DNA of 64,000 bases, taken from Octopus sinensis (Eukaryota). A program made the position numbers and the translations under genes. The stretch lies in contig NC_042997.1 in the NCBI RefSeq assembly GCF_006345805.1, positions 48,360,001-48,424,000 of the forward strand. Reading direction: 5' to 3'. Each line of letters begins with the position of its first letter. Within the stretch, counting starts at the first letter, position 1. The notes beneath the pieces were generated by a model. It was not told the DNA's origin and searched no databases. It was given only the letters and a program-made list of their open reading frames with translations. This document shows positions 1 through 12,189 of the stretch, in pieces.

Positions 1-110
1 ATTGGTATTTCTTCTGTCCATACGTTCGGAGTGGAAATTCCACAGAGATCAACCTTGCTTTTCGTTCATTCGTTGTCGATAAAATAAGTACCAGTGAGAT
101 AAGAGCATAA
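1..110 (+). mobile_element. SINE fragment (family with the GCCTTTCATCCTTTCGGGGTCGATAAA-TAAGTACCAG core), degenerate
   Basis: gagatcaaccttgcttttcgttcattcgttgtcgataaaataagtaccag matches the core of the reverse-strand copies at 31.5 kb and 53.2 kb. Confidence 0.5.
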
Positions 111-318
111 AAATTGCACCCCTTTGCCAAGCCATGTAGAACCAGTGTGCAAGAGTAGAGTCATCAAACTAATGTCGCAAGCACAAGTACACAACCTCCT
201 CTGAGACCGTGGTTGGCGAAGACAATATACTGCTATCGTCGTCCTGCAGTGGACTGAAAGTAGGCAATCCGAATTCAAATCCAATCCATATCTGAATTGC
301 TTGTGTATGTATATATAG

Positions 319-471
319 GGGCAGGCGTGACCCTCTAGTAAGAAGTTTGCTTCCTAATCACACGATTCTGCGTTCAGTCTCAGTGTGTGACAGTTTTGAC
401 AAGTGTAAGTTCGTACCGACCAATCTCTTGCGAATGTATTCGGCAAGCGGAAACTGAAAGAAGTGCTTATC

Positions 472-536
<65 letters not shown>

Positions 537-590
537 GGTGCCCCAGCATGGCCCAGCTCAAGAGCTGAACTGGAAAACATAACATAATAT
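319..590 (+). mobile_element. tRNA-derived SINE (octopus OK-like family), with internal (TA)n
   Basis: Head ggggcaggcgtgacc...gtttgcttcctaatcacacgattctgcgttcagtctc, body ggaaactgaaagaag, tail ggcggtgccccagcatggcc; homologous to the cleaner copy at 13351-13740. Confidence 0.7.
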
Positions 591-767
591 ATAATATATA
601 TATATATATATATATACAAAAAGCAATAAAGATTCAAGTTAATTTAAATGAATTTACTTGAATATGGTACCTAACTTAGATGCACCAAAAAAAAACTATA
701 CTGTTTTAACAATACAGTAATGTGGGGGTGATTATAAGCGAGAAAGAAGCAACAAGAATGGATATGT

Positions 768-858
768 TTTTAGTACAATCGTTTCATACAAGGACAGGCT
801 TTATTAAATGTTGCAAAAATTACAGCATATAAACGCGTCCCGTACTCATCAGCTAAAA
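768..858 (-). ncRNA. Type I hammerhead ribozyme motif (left arm of foldback)
   Basis: Minus strand: TTTTAG-CTGATGA-GTAC(long stem II)GTAT-GAAA-CGATTG-TA^CTAAAA. Stem I is 6 bp, core CUGAUGA/GAAA intact, GUA cleavage triplet; paired by hand. Confidence 0.75.
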
Positions 859-1658
859 TACATGTGAGTTCTCTAGACATCCTAGTGGTTGAGGCTATAC
901 TCATGAAGTAATGTAGATAATTAAGTAACATAAACAGATTTCCAAAGTTCATTAAAGTTCTTAAAGATGATGTACAGTCTTATCACAGAATTTTAAAAAG
1001 TTTTAATAGTATCACAGAGAAGGTGACCTAATCCATAGTGCACATATGAATTCCAGAGATATGAGGAGGGATTACATACTCACAGACGACAAATTTATCC
1101 ATTGTTAATCACAACGAGGTGGGTCTCAATTCCTGCTTATTAGCATTACAGAGAGGGTGAATTAATCCTTTGTATAGATGCAACATTTCCAATGGTGTAG
1201 ATGTAAATTTCAGAGAAATGAAGAGGAATTTCATATTCACAGGCGATAAATTTATCAATGATAAATTTATCGCCTGTGAATATGAAATTCCTCTTCATTT
1301 CTCTGGAAATTTACATCTACACCATTGGAAATTGTGCATCTATACAAAGGATTAATTCACCCTCTCTGTAATGCTAATAAGCAGAAATTGAGATCCACCT
1401 CGTTGTGATTAACAATGGATAAATTTGTCGTCTGTGAGTATGTAATCCCTCCTCATATCTCTGGAAATTCATATGTGCACTATGGATTAGGTCACCTTCT
1501 CTGTGATGCTATTAAAACTTTTTTAAATTCTGTGATAAGACTGTACATCATCTTTAAAGAACTTTAATGAACTTTGGAAATATGTTTGTTACTTAATTAT
1601 CTACATTACTTCATGAGTATAGCCTCAACCACTAGGATGTCTAGAGAACTCACATGTA

Positions 1659-1752
1659 TTTTAGCTGATGAGTACGGGACACGTTTATATGCTGTATGTA
1701 ATTTTTGCAACATTTATAAAGCCTGTCCTTGTATGAAACGATTGTACTAAAA
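1659..1752 (+). ncRNA. Type I hammerhead ribozyme motif (right arm of foldback)
   Basis: ttttag-CTGATGA(1665-1671)-gtacgggac...gtccttgtat-GAAA(1735-1738)-cgattg-TA^ctaaaa. Confidence 0.75.
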
Positions 1753-1817
1753 ACCTATCCATTCTTGTTGCTTCTTTCTCGCGTATATATAATATATATA
1801 TATCTATATATATATAT

Positions 1818-1965
1818 GTGACTCTTTCATTTTCTTCTTGCCAAATCCATTCGCAAGAGATTGGTCGGCACGAACTTACACTAGTCGAAACTGTCACGCA
1901 CTGAGACTGAACTCGGAATCCTGTGGTTAGGAAGCAAACTCCTACTAGAGAATTACGCCTGCCCC

Positions 1966-1968
<3 letters not shown>
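1818..1968 (-). mobile_element. tRNA-derived SINE 5' part (mirror of 319-470)
   Basis: Reverse complement reads ggggcaggcgtaattctctagtaggagtttgcttcctaaccacaggattccgagttcagtctcagtgcgtg. Confidence 0.7.
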
Positions 1969-2017
<49 letters not shown>

Positions 2018-2040
2018 TATATATATTATAATATATATAT

Positions 2041-2154
2041 TTATTTTATAGAAGCAGCTTCTACAGGACTAGAACTGTTTCATTCAAAAGAAATCATCAG
2101 GAAGCGGGTAACAGAAACAGTTCTAGTCCTGTAGAAGCTCCTTCTATAAAATAA
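2041..2154. repeat. 41-bp-arm hairpin, one mismatch
   Basis: ttattttatagaagcagcttctacaggactagaactgtttc (2041-2081) versus gaaacagttctagtcctgtagaagctccttctataaaataa (2114-2154). Confidence 0.9.
2057..2105 (-). ncRNA. Type I hammerhead motif inside the hairpin
   Basis: Minus strand: GCTTC-CTGATGA-tTTC tttt GAAt-GAAA-CAG ttctagtc CTG-TA^GAAGC. Stem I is 5 bp; the 10.1-11.1 pair is a U.U mismatch. Confidence 0.6.
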
Positions 2155-2369
2155 ATTAATTTACTCTGCTATGTATTGAGTACCTTATTTACTGTGGTTA
2201 ACCCAGACTCAACCCGGGACCTACATATAAATATATATATATATTTATATATATACATACACATATATATATATATATACATATGTGTGTGTGTATGTGT
2301 GTGTGTACATACTCATGTGAGTGTTTATACCCACTACGAATTTTATCCGCATGTGTAGAAGCACCTAAA

Positions 2370-2620
2370 AAATTCATGTCAGGTCAAACTTTTACCATAA
2401 AAATATCACTTCACCTCTGCATCGAAGAACCTAATGGTGGAAACTACATAGATCAAACTAGTTTGACGTTGAAGGACAGACTGACAGTACACAGGTAACT
2501 CCAAATACCCATACAATAAAACCATGCAAATACCAGTTGCTGACATCTCCTAACTCTAAACCAATGAAATTTTATATCCGATCAAAACTGAACGGCAGTA
2601 AATATAACAAACTCACCCAT
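2370..2620 (+). pseudogene. Degenerate Penelope-like GIY-YIG endonuclease remnant
   Basis: SGQTFTIK...NYIDQTSLTLKDRLTVHR aligns by eye with EGQKFKIK...DYVGSTGLSLRRRCTLHR of the element at 42.6-43.0 kb. Confidence 0.55.
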
Positions 2621-3520
2621 TAAGAGTATCAACCAACTAGAACGGTTGGTGACCGTTCCCCCCAAGGAAGTCCAGCAAGCAGAATGACAATCTTGACCAC
2701 CAGAAAAATATGACGTCATCAGTACTTTAACGAATCAAAAGTCATATCTGTTTACCAAATAATATTTTCAATACATTGAATTAAAAAAAAAATAAACGCC
2801 GTCACAAGCGAAAATCCCTGCACACGACGCACAGAAATTGTAGCCTCCTTTCTTTTTACTATGTGCATTCCGCCCTTGTTTTTCTCCCTCTTAACTCAGT
2901 ATGACCGAATCTTTGGTGATCCACATTTCTTATCGATCACTTCAACCATCTTTGAATTTTGTGCATTTAAACAGGATGATCCATGATTTTTTAAATATAT
3001 TATTGAATGTTGTGAACATTTAAATCATATTTGATATTATTGAATTGTGTAAACATTGAATTTTTTAAATATGTTTTTCTACTTCGCAATTTTAAATTTT
3101 TACCATTGGTAAAAATAAATATTGTTGAAATTAGTTTGGTATATATGAAAATAAATTTATTTTAGAGCAATTACAAGTTTTTCAAATTCAGGTGCATTTT
3201 CAAAAACACATTTATATATATATATGTGTGTGTACATAGTTCAAATTTATAGAAAACAAAAACGAAGACGGTGTGGGATCAACAAGCAGGTGTATTAATT
3301 TGACGCTCTTCGCCAGAAAGTGTTGAGATGAAAAATGGGGAGGGAACGAAGAAAATCGGAGAAAGGATATATATATATTATATATATATATATATATACA
3401 TAGAAACACACACATATGTATTATACACACACACATATATATAACAAAGGAATGTTTCATACGTTATCGCTATAATCCTTTCATTAAGTGATTTAATTGC
3501 TACTCTTTAATCAATTTACT

Positions 3521-3608
<88 letters not shown>

Positions 3609-3622
3609 GTGTGTGTGTGTGT

Positions 3623-3657
<35 letters not shown>

Positions 3658-3659
<2 letters not shown>

Positions 3660-4040
3660 AGGCGCAATGGCCCAGTGGTTAGGGCAGCGGACTCGCGGTC
3701 ATAGGATCGCGGTTTCGATTCCCAGACCGGGCGTTGTGAGTGTTTATTGAGCGAAAACACCTAAAGCTCCACGAGGTTCCGGCAGGGGATGGTGGTGATC
3801 CCTGCTGTACTCTTTCACCACAACTTTCTCTCACTCTTACTACCTGTTTCTGTTGTACCTGTATTTCAAAGGGCCGGCCTTGTCACTCTCTGTGTCACGC
3901 TGAATATCCCCGAGAACTACGTTAAGGGTACAGGTGTCTGTGGAGTGCTCAGCCACTTACACGTTAATTTCACGAGCAGGCTGTTCCGTTGCTTCGGATC
4001 AACCGGAACCCTCATCGTCGCAACCGACGGAGTGCTTCCC
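3658..4040 (+). mobile_element. tRNA-derived SINE (head ggaggcgcaatggcccagtggttagggcagcgg), full length
   Basis: Pol III A-box-like tggcccagtggtt and B-box-like gtttcgattccc; head shared with 45783-46088; flanked by (TG)n and (TA)/(GATA) repeats. Confidence 0.8.
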
Positions 4041-4562
4041 CATATATATAGATAGATAGATGCCTACATACATAGAAACTTACACAAACGATTGTAGACA
4101 CACGCACTTACGTGTGTGTGTGTGTGTGCATGTGTGCGTTGCGTGTATTTGTCTCTGACTAGGGTGTGCATATGTGCATCATATAATCTATTTTATCAAC
4201 AAATATAAATTATAGATATAATCAAACGTCTGCGATGAATGGAAAGAAACATAATACGGGAAATTTATGCTTATTATCAATTTCATATTTCTAAGAGTTC
4301 AATTCAGTTAAGAATCGCTTCCGATTTTAAAGGGATTTGCAACAACGTCATGAAAAAGATAATTCTCTATAGTTTGTAATCTATATGGTTGAAAATATGA
4401 TGTATAAATGTCGGCTCAATTATTAACTATTAAAAACTTCTGAAAGAGAGAGATGATGATTAAATTAAGGCCTTATCACTTATCTACACTCACTTGTTTT
4501 CATATTATTGATAACATATAAAAAATTATATTGAATAGCAAATTTAGCTAAAGGCGAGGAAT

Positions 4563-4580
4563 GATAATAATAATAATAAT

Positions 4581-4658
<78 letters not shown>

Positions 4659-4659
4659 A
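4563..4659. repeat. (TAA)n(TGA)n microsatellite
   Basis: Direct reading; abuts the 5' end of R4/Dong-like copy A. Confidence 0.95.
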
Positions 4660-6027
4660 AGGATGTTGATTACGATAAATCTCACACAATAACATGAAAG
4701 AAAAGACAAGATGGGAGTACACGCGACGGGTGAGAAAGATATTGTCTTCAAAGCTAAATGCCAGAAATATAATTTCGGCAACAAACACGCGCGCAGTCGC
4801 AGTAGTTCGGTATGGTGCTGGAATCCTGAAGTGGACTGAGGAGGAGCTAAAGGAGATGAACAGGGAGTCAGGAAAGCTTCTGACGATACACGGAGCCCAT
4901 AATCCACTTGTGGACATTGATTGCCTATAATACATGAAGAGAGCAAATGTAGAAAGAGGATTGGTAAGTGTGGAAGACTGGATGCGTAACGAAATCGAGA
5001 GCTTAATGAGACATCTAGCCCAAAGTAAGGAAACCTTGATATTGACAGTTAGGAACGAGGGAGTATTGAAATCCGTGAAAAAGGAAAAACAAAGGAAGAC
5101 GTTCAAAGAGGACATGAAGAAGAATTACGCAAGAAGGGACTACACAATCAATTCCATGCAGCTACAACAGAAGTTGCAAGAAAAATAGGTGGTATTGGCT
5201 GATGAAAGGAACCCTAAAAATAGAGACTGAGAGTACTATGCGGGCAGAGCAAGACCAAACTTTGGCGAGGAACTGGAGGGTCAACCTTAGGAATGAGTAA
5301 GTGTCTCCGCTGTGCCACATCTGCAATAGAGTGGATAAAACCATTGACCATATCACGAATGAATGCCCTAGGCTAGCCCAAAACCACTACAATTGTGACG
5401 ACACGACCATTTAGCGAAATTGCTACATTGGAAACTAGGTGAAAAGAGGGGTTAGAGAGAGAGAGAGAGGGGGAGAGAGAGAGAGATACAGGCAGACAGA
5501 CAGACGGACAGACAGACAGAGAATTAAAACTAGCTATAAGCGCAAACCGTAGAGAGTGACGGAGTCGTAGACTACCAAAATCCCCTAGGATTTCCCAATT
5601 CAAACAGATCAGGTGCTAGACATTAACAAACCAGACCTAGTGGTGGTGGACAAGATGCACCATATAGTTGATGTTGCATGCCCATTTGACCCACGAATAG
5701 TCAAGATGGAAGGTGAAAACACAGATAAAAATACTACCCTCTTAAGTAAGAAATAGCCCGGCTATGGAAAATGAAGATGAAGATGATGCTAATTGTTGGA
5801 TCCTTAGGAACAATATCAGAATGCATCTAGGGGAATATAAAGGAAATTGGAATAGAATGCCCAGTAGAACTGTTACAAAACTTTTGCCTCCTAGGCACGG
5901 TGAGAATAATCAAGAAAGTATTAGGTAGCTGAAAAGGATGAACAACATGATACCGTAGGCTGCAGGTAGCAATCCGCTACGCATGTAAGACTCCAGGAGC
6001 TCCGACAAAACCTGTGATAACCGGAAG
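4660..6027 (+). mobile_element. R4/Dong-like non-LTR retrotransposon, 5'-truncated and degenerate (copy A)
   Basis: RT thumb peptides EYTRRVRKILSSKLNARNII...VVRYGAGILKW and RGLVSVED; zinc knuckle C-H-I-C...DHITNEC; restriction-like endonuclease NKPDLVVVDK...IVDVACPFD; several stops and frameshifts; internal (GA)/(GACA) expansion at ~5450-5520. Confidence 0.8.
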
Positions 6028-6059
6028 TAATAACAACAATAACAAGAGCAACAAGAAAA

Positions 6060-7912
6060 ATACGTGTCACGAGCGACGCTGTACCAAACAAAAACAAAAG
6101 CACCTTCCCACAAACGAATATAAAAAAGAGCAAATTAGGCACTCAGTTTAATACGTCACTATACAGTTATGCCCGGAAACATAACTACCAAAGAAAAATA
6201 TAATGGGGATTTTTGACCTTTCAGCCTACGATGCGATAAATATATCCATTCGAAGAACAAGTAAACGGTGTCATGTCAAAAAGTCAACCTTGAACAAACA
6301 GACACGTCTCCTATAGTCACCGTCACTGCTTTAATGGCAAGCCAAAACTCAAGCCGGATCGGTCATCACCGGGACAAGAACTGCGTTACCCAGTGGGGAA
6401 CCAGACTGGGGTCGAAAAGCCTGCTGCTAGAGCAAAATTCTCAAAAAATAAATTAACGAACCAGAAAAAGGATTACTCTTACCCTAGAATTGTAGTGACA
6501 TCACCAAAACACAATGTAAAGCAAAACGCATAAGATGAACTAGAGAGGACTATAAAGATGTGTTGAAAGCTTTCTGTACAGACCAACTAAACCCAAACGT
6601 TAACCTCATTGTACAAACATACACTTCATGGAGAAACTTAGTAGACAACGAAGTACACAGATATATTGACGCAAATAAATTAAGTAATGTACGTAGATAC
6701 ATCATTAAGAATTAAAGGTTAATTAACGTTGAAATTAGCCAAATTAGGACACAAGTATACCATAGTAGACCAAACGAACATAGTAACAATGCAGATAAAA
6801 TGGGCAACAGATGCACAAAACCCAGTATACGAACAGTACATCCCAACAAGGAAACTGAAGAAAGAATAGCAAAGAACAGATATATGGAAAAAGGAGAAAT
6901 TACATCTACCTCAAGAACGCCAGAATAGATATGACACAGAACTTGCGGTGAATAATAAAGAGAAGATCAAAGAAGCAACAGAAGATATTATGAGAGAACT
7001 CAGCAAGACTGAGTTTACTGACATGATCGATAGAGACATGATCAATAGAGAACCGCTACTAAAACTCTCAAACAGCATAAAAGATAACGACATAATGATA
7101 CACAATATTGCTCTTAGACAGACCTTAAGAAATAAAGGAAACTAGATTAAGGTGACCCGCTCTAAGCGCGGGTGAGGGTGTGATTTTTACTTTCTGTTGC
7201 GTCCTTTCCCTTTCTTATTGCGACATTTACCCTCTTTGTTTCTCTCTCCTTTCTCTCTCACTTTCCCACTCTCTTACTCTTCCTTTCTCTCGGACTCTTC
7301 CTCGCTTTCTCTTACGCGTGCACGTAAAATCACAAAAATAATTCAAAATTACTTAAAATTTTGTGAAATTTGATACTTTTTTCTGGTATATTTTGACGGT
7401 TCATGGTGCAAATGAAAGTTAAAATTTTGGCCTTTAACACAATACCATTTTTACCCATGTCAACCAAATAATGCAAACAGAAGAAAATTAAATGTAAAAA
7501 TAGGGTAAAAATGTACACTTTTTAAAAGTTGAGAAATTTTATAGCCTTTTCCAAAATCCCCCAAATTTGTACACCCATAATTAAAGATAACCACCTCTAG
7601 CCCCTGCAGCAACACGAAAACCCACTATTACTCAAACGGCGCAACCTGTCTATCCCACAAAACTCAAGTTTTCCCATATTCCTCACCATGGCAACCAAAC
7701 GGTAGCCCCGAGAGTCTTGCAACCCTCCTCACACCATTGCCACCCCATTTTACTCGCCAGTGTTAATTTTGGCGCCAATCCGACTCCAGTTGCCGCCCCT
7801 TAAAACCTTCCCATCCCAAAATTAGACAAATAACCAAGACATCAAAAAACTTTTTCGCATTTCAGCTTTATAGATATTGATGATGACTATATATATATAT
7901 ATATGTATACAC

Positions 7913-7946
<34 letters not shown>

Positions 7947-10900
7947 TACACACACACACACACACACACACATTTATATATAAATTAACACAATATATCT
8001 GATTAATATCTGTTATGATTGTGCGGTGGTGGGCGATAATAATTCACCGTTCTAAAAGACCTGCGGCGGGAATATTTAAACTTTTGCGGCTGTCAACGCT
8101 TTCTCTCTATAGATACAGTGAGAAAGGTAGTGGGAGAAAGAGTGACAGAGAGACGGCGAAGGCGGGGAGGGAATGAGAGTGGAAGGTGTCAAACGTCGTT
8201 ATAGAGTGAAATTGGAGGGAAGGAAGGAAAGAGAGAGATCGAGAAAAACTGGGTGATATCCGAAAGTGAGAAACGAGAAACACTTGTTAAAGTCTGGGTT
8301 TTGTTGCCATAGTAACCGCATCTGTCCAGATGGCGAGTTTTAACCTACTCAACACTCTTCCCCATCACGCCTTCTATGCATGTGTCAATTTTCAGCTCGA
8401 TCCGACCACTGGTCTGGCCGCCAGCCTCTGATCTGGCCGCCAACCCCAAAGCCTCTTTTATATATATAGATAACCTAACAACCTTAAATAACCTCAACTA
8501 TTCCACTTCTAAGATTGTAACTGCTCAGTCAGGTATCAGGACGACTCAGAAAAAGACCAACCATATCAATAGACCTCCGAAATTCTGCGGGCGGGGGTAT
8601 CAGATCTCGATGAACTTGCTAGAGGAGTAAATGTTAAGAAGAAACAGCTTCAAAAAATATCAAACAAAAATATAAAATCAAGCTTATATAAACCTCCCTG
8701 CACCCAAGGAACTAGTGAAACAACGAAAACAACAGAAGCGTAAGGGCTCATAAGATATGAGAATCAAATTTTATCGAAAAAATAAGATATTCAAGACGGA
8801 TCAAAAGCATTTTACAGGGAAATTGGCAAAAGCAAGACAGAAGTAAAGGAGCCTGGAAAGAGATATGGAGCAACAAAAAAGAATATAATGCTGAAGCTCA
8901 CTAGATAGAACGTAAGAAAGTGAGACTGGATGAAGTTGAAGAACAGAAATTGGAGGCAATAAGAGGAGAAGAGCTAAGATGTCCTCTTGGAAAGTCTCAC
9001 GTGACTGGACCGGATCCTTAAATTTTGGCTGAATTGTTTGACAGAAATACGCCAAACTTTTGCTGCATCTCTAACTGATGTCATTCAGAAACCAGAGCCT
9101 GGCTGACCGAAGGAACAACATACCTACAATCAAAAACTGAAGACACGAAAAATCCAAAGTCCATGTCTCAATACCACCTACAGGATCCTTACATCCATAC
9201 TAACTGAAAGAATATACACTTTCCTGGAACAGAATTCTATCCGCAAAAAAGTTGTAAAAAGGAATTATTATGGATGGAAAGATCAATTGCTCATAAATAA
9301 AATTATTGTAGAGAATTACTGGAGCAACAAGAAAAACCTGAATATGGTATGGATAGACTATAGGAAAGCGCTTGATAGTGTCCCACATAGTTTGCTACTC
9401 AAGGCCCATTAGATATACAAGATTTCTCGTGTAGTCTCCAAATTCTTACAAGATAGCCTAACCAAGTGGAATACACGTCTTCTAAACCATAGTAATGGGA
9501 TGAGCCAATCTAACAACATCAACATAAAACGAGACATCTTTCATGGTGACTTCTTCTCCCCATTACTCTTTTACATGAAACTAACCCCACTCTCAAACGA
9601 ACTGAGTAAAACTAGGTATGGGTTCAAAATGTATACTATTATAGTAAATCATCTCTTTTATATGACGATCTGAAGCCGTTTGCTTGAAATGAAGAAGAGC
9701 TAGTAGGGATGTTAACAACAGTTAAAGAGTTCAGCAAATAGCTTCCATTAAATTAGATACCGTCACCACCATCAAGGATCTTGAAACACAAGAAAGCTAT
9801 AAATACCTGGGGATAAACGAAGGAGACGGTATACAACATGCTACTATGAAAGAAAATATATCAAAGAAGTATTACAGAAACATTCGACTCATACTAAAAA
9901 CTGAACTCAACTCCAAAAATCTCACCGAGGCCATTAACTCCCTGGCATCTCCAATAGTCCAATACAGTTTTAACATCATTAACTGGAATCTTACGGAACT
10001 CCAGTGCTTGGACAAGAAGACAACATCTAAGAACATGCACCACCCAAAATCAGACGTTGATCGTCTGTAATTACCTAGAAGTAATAGGGGAAAACGAATG
10101 ATGCAGGTTCAACTATGCTCTAAGACCTCCACAATATCAATGAATAGGTACATATCTAGTACAGAAGACTGGATGCTGCGGTTTGTGTGCAAACACGAAA
10201 GCAGCATAAAATCACATCCTCTTGTCAAGGAAGCTTGCAAATTCGCCAGGGGACTTTGCATTAACCCTGAATTAGATGAAGAACCTGAAACCTCTGCCAC
10301 TAAAGAAGCAAAACGGATCAAACACACTGCAAAAAAGAATGGGCAGAAACAAATTGAGGAGCGGTGGAACCAGAAACCTCTGCATCGACAGTATATATTT
10401 TGAATCTGAAATGCAGATGGAGGCCAAGCAACAAGCCATCAGTGGCTGAGAAGTTCGGGACATATTGGTGGTACAAGATCAAAGCTTGCTTACTAAAAGG
10501 TACCAGGCTAAAGTTCTTCAAAACGGTTCTGACCCTAAATGCAGATTCTGCGATAAATTTGATGAAACAGTAGACCATCACGTCTCGGGATATCCTGTAC
10601 TGACACCAAACGAATACAGAATACAGGAGTCGCCACGATAGGGTAGGACAGTGTTTATATTGGAAAATATGTAAACACTACAAAATCATCACTCCTGCTT
10701 ACTGGTATGAACAACATCCTGAGCCAGTCGTTGAAGGTAAAAATGTCACTATCCTCAGGGATTTTCTAGTGACTAATCAACCAGACATAGCTATAAAAGA
10801 CAGAGAAAGAAATACTTGTAGACTAATTGATGTGAGTGTCCCAATGATAAAAACTATGCGTAAAGGAATTTGACAAATTAAGTAAATACAAGGACCTGGA

Positions 10901-11140
10901 AATTGAAATAAAAAAGATGTGGAATATTAAAGCGAGAACTGTTCCTGTTATATTGGGTGCCCTATTTATGATACGAAATGGACGTGAGAAAATCTAGATA
11001 ATATCCCAGGAGAAATATGTCTCAGAGATATCCAAAACATTGTGCTGACAACTACTGTAACATTTCTTATCCTTTACTCACTCTAGGACGCGGGTGTGGC
11101 TCGGCAAGTGATTGTAACAAACACGAAGATTTAAAGTAAA
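6060..11140 (+). mobile_element. Near-full-length, decayed R4/Dong-like LINE (copy B), interrupted by a Helitron
   Basis: N-terminal RIRWTREDYKDVLK...NKLSNVRRYIIKN; RT motifs DQLLINKIIVE, MVWIDYRKALDSVPH, RDIFHGDFFSPLLF, frameshifted YMDD; HHPKSDVDRL; CRFCDKFDETVDH; KLSKYKDLEIEIKKMW; ends in (TAA)n. The 5' boundary is approximate. Confidence 0.82.
7142..8470 (-). mobile_element. Non-autonomous Helitron, 1329 bp
   Basis: Minus strand starts TCTATATATATAAAAGAGG and ends ACCCGC-gcttaga-GCGGGT (hairpin) caccttaat CTAG. Inserted between A7141 and T8471 without a TSD; removing it rejoins the LINE ORF in frame (LRNKGN-NLTTLNNLNYS). Confidence 0.88.
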
Positions 11141-11175
11141 TAATAATGATAATAATAATAATAATAATAATAATA

Positions 11176-11231
<56 letters not shown>
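11141..11231. repeat. (TAA)n microsatellite between Dong-like copies B and C
   Basis: Direct reading. Confidence 0.95.
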
Positions 11232-11234
<3 letters not shown>

Positions 11235-12129
11235 GCTAATGGCCTCTGGCTTAAAATCTGAAACAGAGGGGTTTATCATAGCAGCTCAAGATCAATGCCT
11301 ACCAACAAGAAACTACTAGGCCAACATATTAAAGATCAGAAGCAGTCCAACGTGTCGTGTATGCAAGCAACAAAATGAAACCATTGACCATGTGGTCTCC
11401 AAGTGCAGTCTTCTAGCGCCTACAGAGTATCTCAACAGGCACGATAGAGCTGCACAATATATTCACTGGGTAATCTGTAAAAACCTGGATTTGCCCCATG
11501 AAAAAAACTGGTGGGAACACAAACCACCCCCAGTGCTTGAAAATGACCACATCTCACTCCTCTGGAACTTCACCATTCAAACTGACAGGAAGATAGATGC
11601 AAATAGGCCAGACATCATATTGAAAGACTTCAAACAAAGAACATGCCTCCTCATTGATATGACTGTCCCAATCGATATAAACGTATCTGTCAAGACCTAT
11701 CAAAAACTGAGCAAATATAAAGATCTTGAAATAGAAATCATCAAAATGTGGAACCTGAAGACTAAAACAATACCTGTTGTCATAGGTGCCCTGGGAATGA
11801 TAGCAAAAGGGGCTGATAGCTACCTAACTCAGATACCAGGAAACCCCAAAATGGCAGAAGTTCAAAAGATAGTGCTCATGGGAACTGCTCATATCCTACG
11901 CAAAATACTCTCTATGTAATCTCAAGGTTTAAAACAAACATAATTTTTGGTTTAAAAAAAAAAAAAAACCCTTTTTTTTTAGACATTCATTAGTACAACA
12001 TCCCCACCCCCCAAATATATGGCACACTAGGCATAACAACAACATGAACTTCCAACCCTGTTGTCTCTTGAGGTCTCTGGGTGAGACTTGGAGCCAACTT
12101 GTACAAATATAAAGCAAAAGTCAAACATA

Positions 12130-12130
<1 letters not shown>
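11232..12130 (+). mobile_element. R4/Dong-like LINE 3' fragment (copy C), little decayed
   Basis: WLMASGLKSETEGFIIAAQDQ, CRVC...ETIDHVVSKC knuckle, ORF 11392-11919 with NRPDII...LIDMTVP...KLSKYKDLEIE endonuclease; one in-frame stop upstream; (TAA)n on both sides. Confidence 0.9.
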
Positions 12131-12171
<41 letters not shown>

Positions 12172-12189
12172 TAATAATAATAATGATAA

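Larger units (their letters stand above)
319..1968. repeat. Long inverted repeat (foldback) centred at ~1258
   Basis: Centre ggcgataaatttatca-a-tgataaatttatcgcc. Positions ~735-1257 are the near-identical reverse complement of 1259-~1780. The outer SINE copies (319-470 and 1818-1968) are also reverse complements sharing the same deviations from other family members; ~535-735 has no counterpart in the right arm. Confidence 0.92.

Noticed and set aside
3658-3735. tRNA-like sequence (also 45783-45860)
   Set aside because: SINE head continuing into a SINE body; not a tRNA gene
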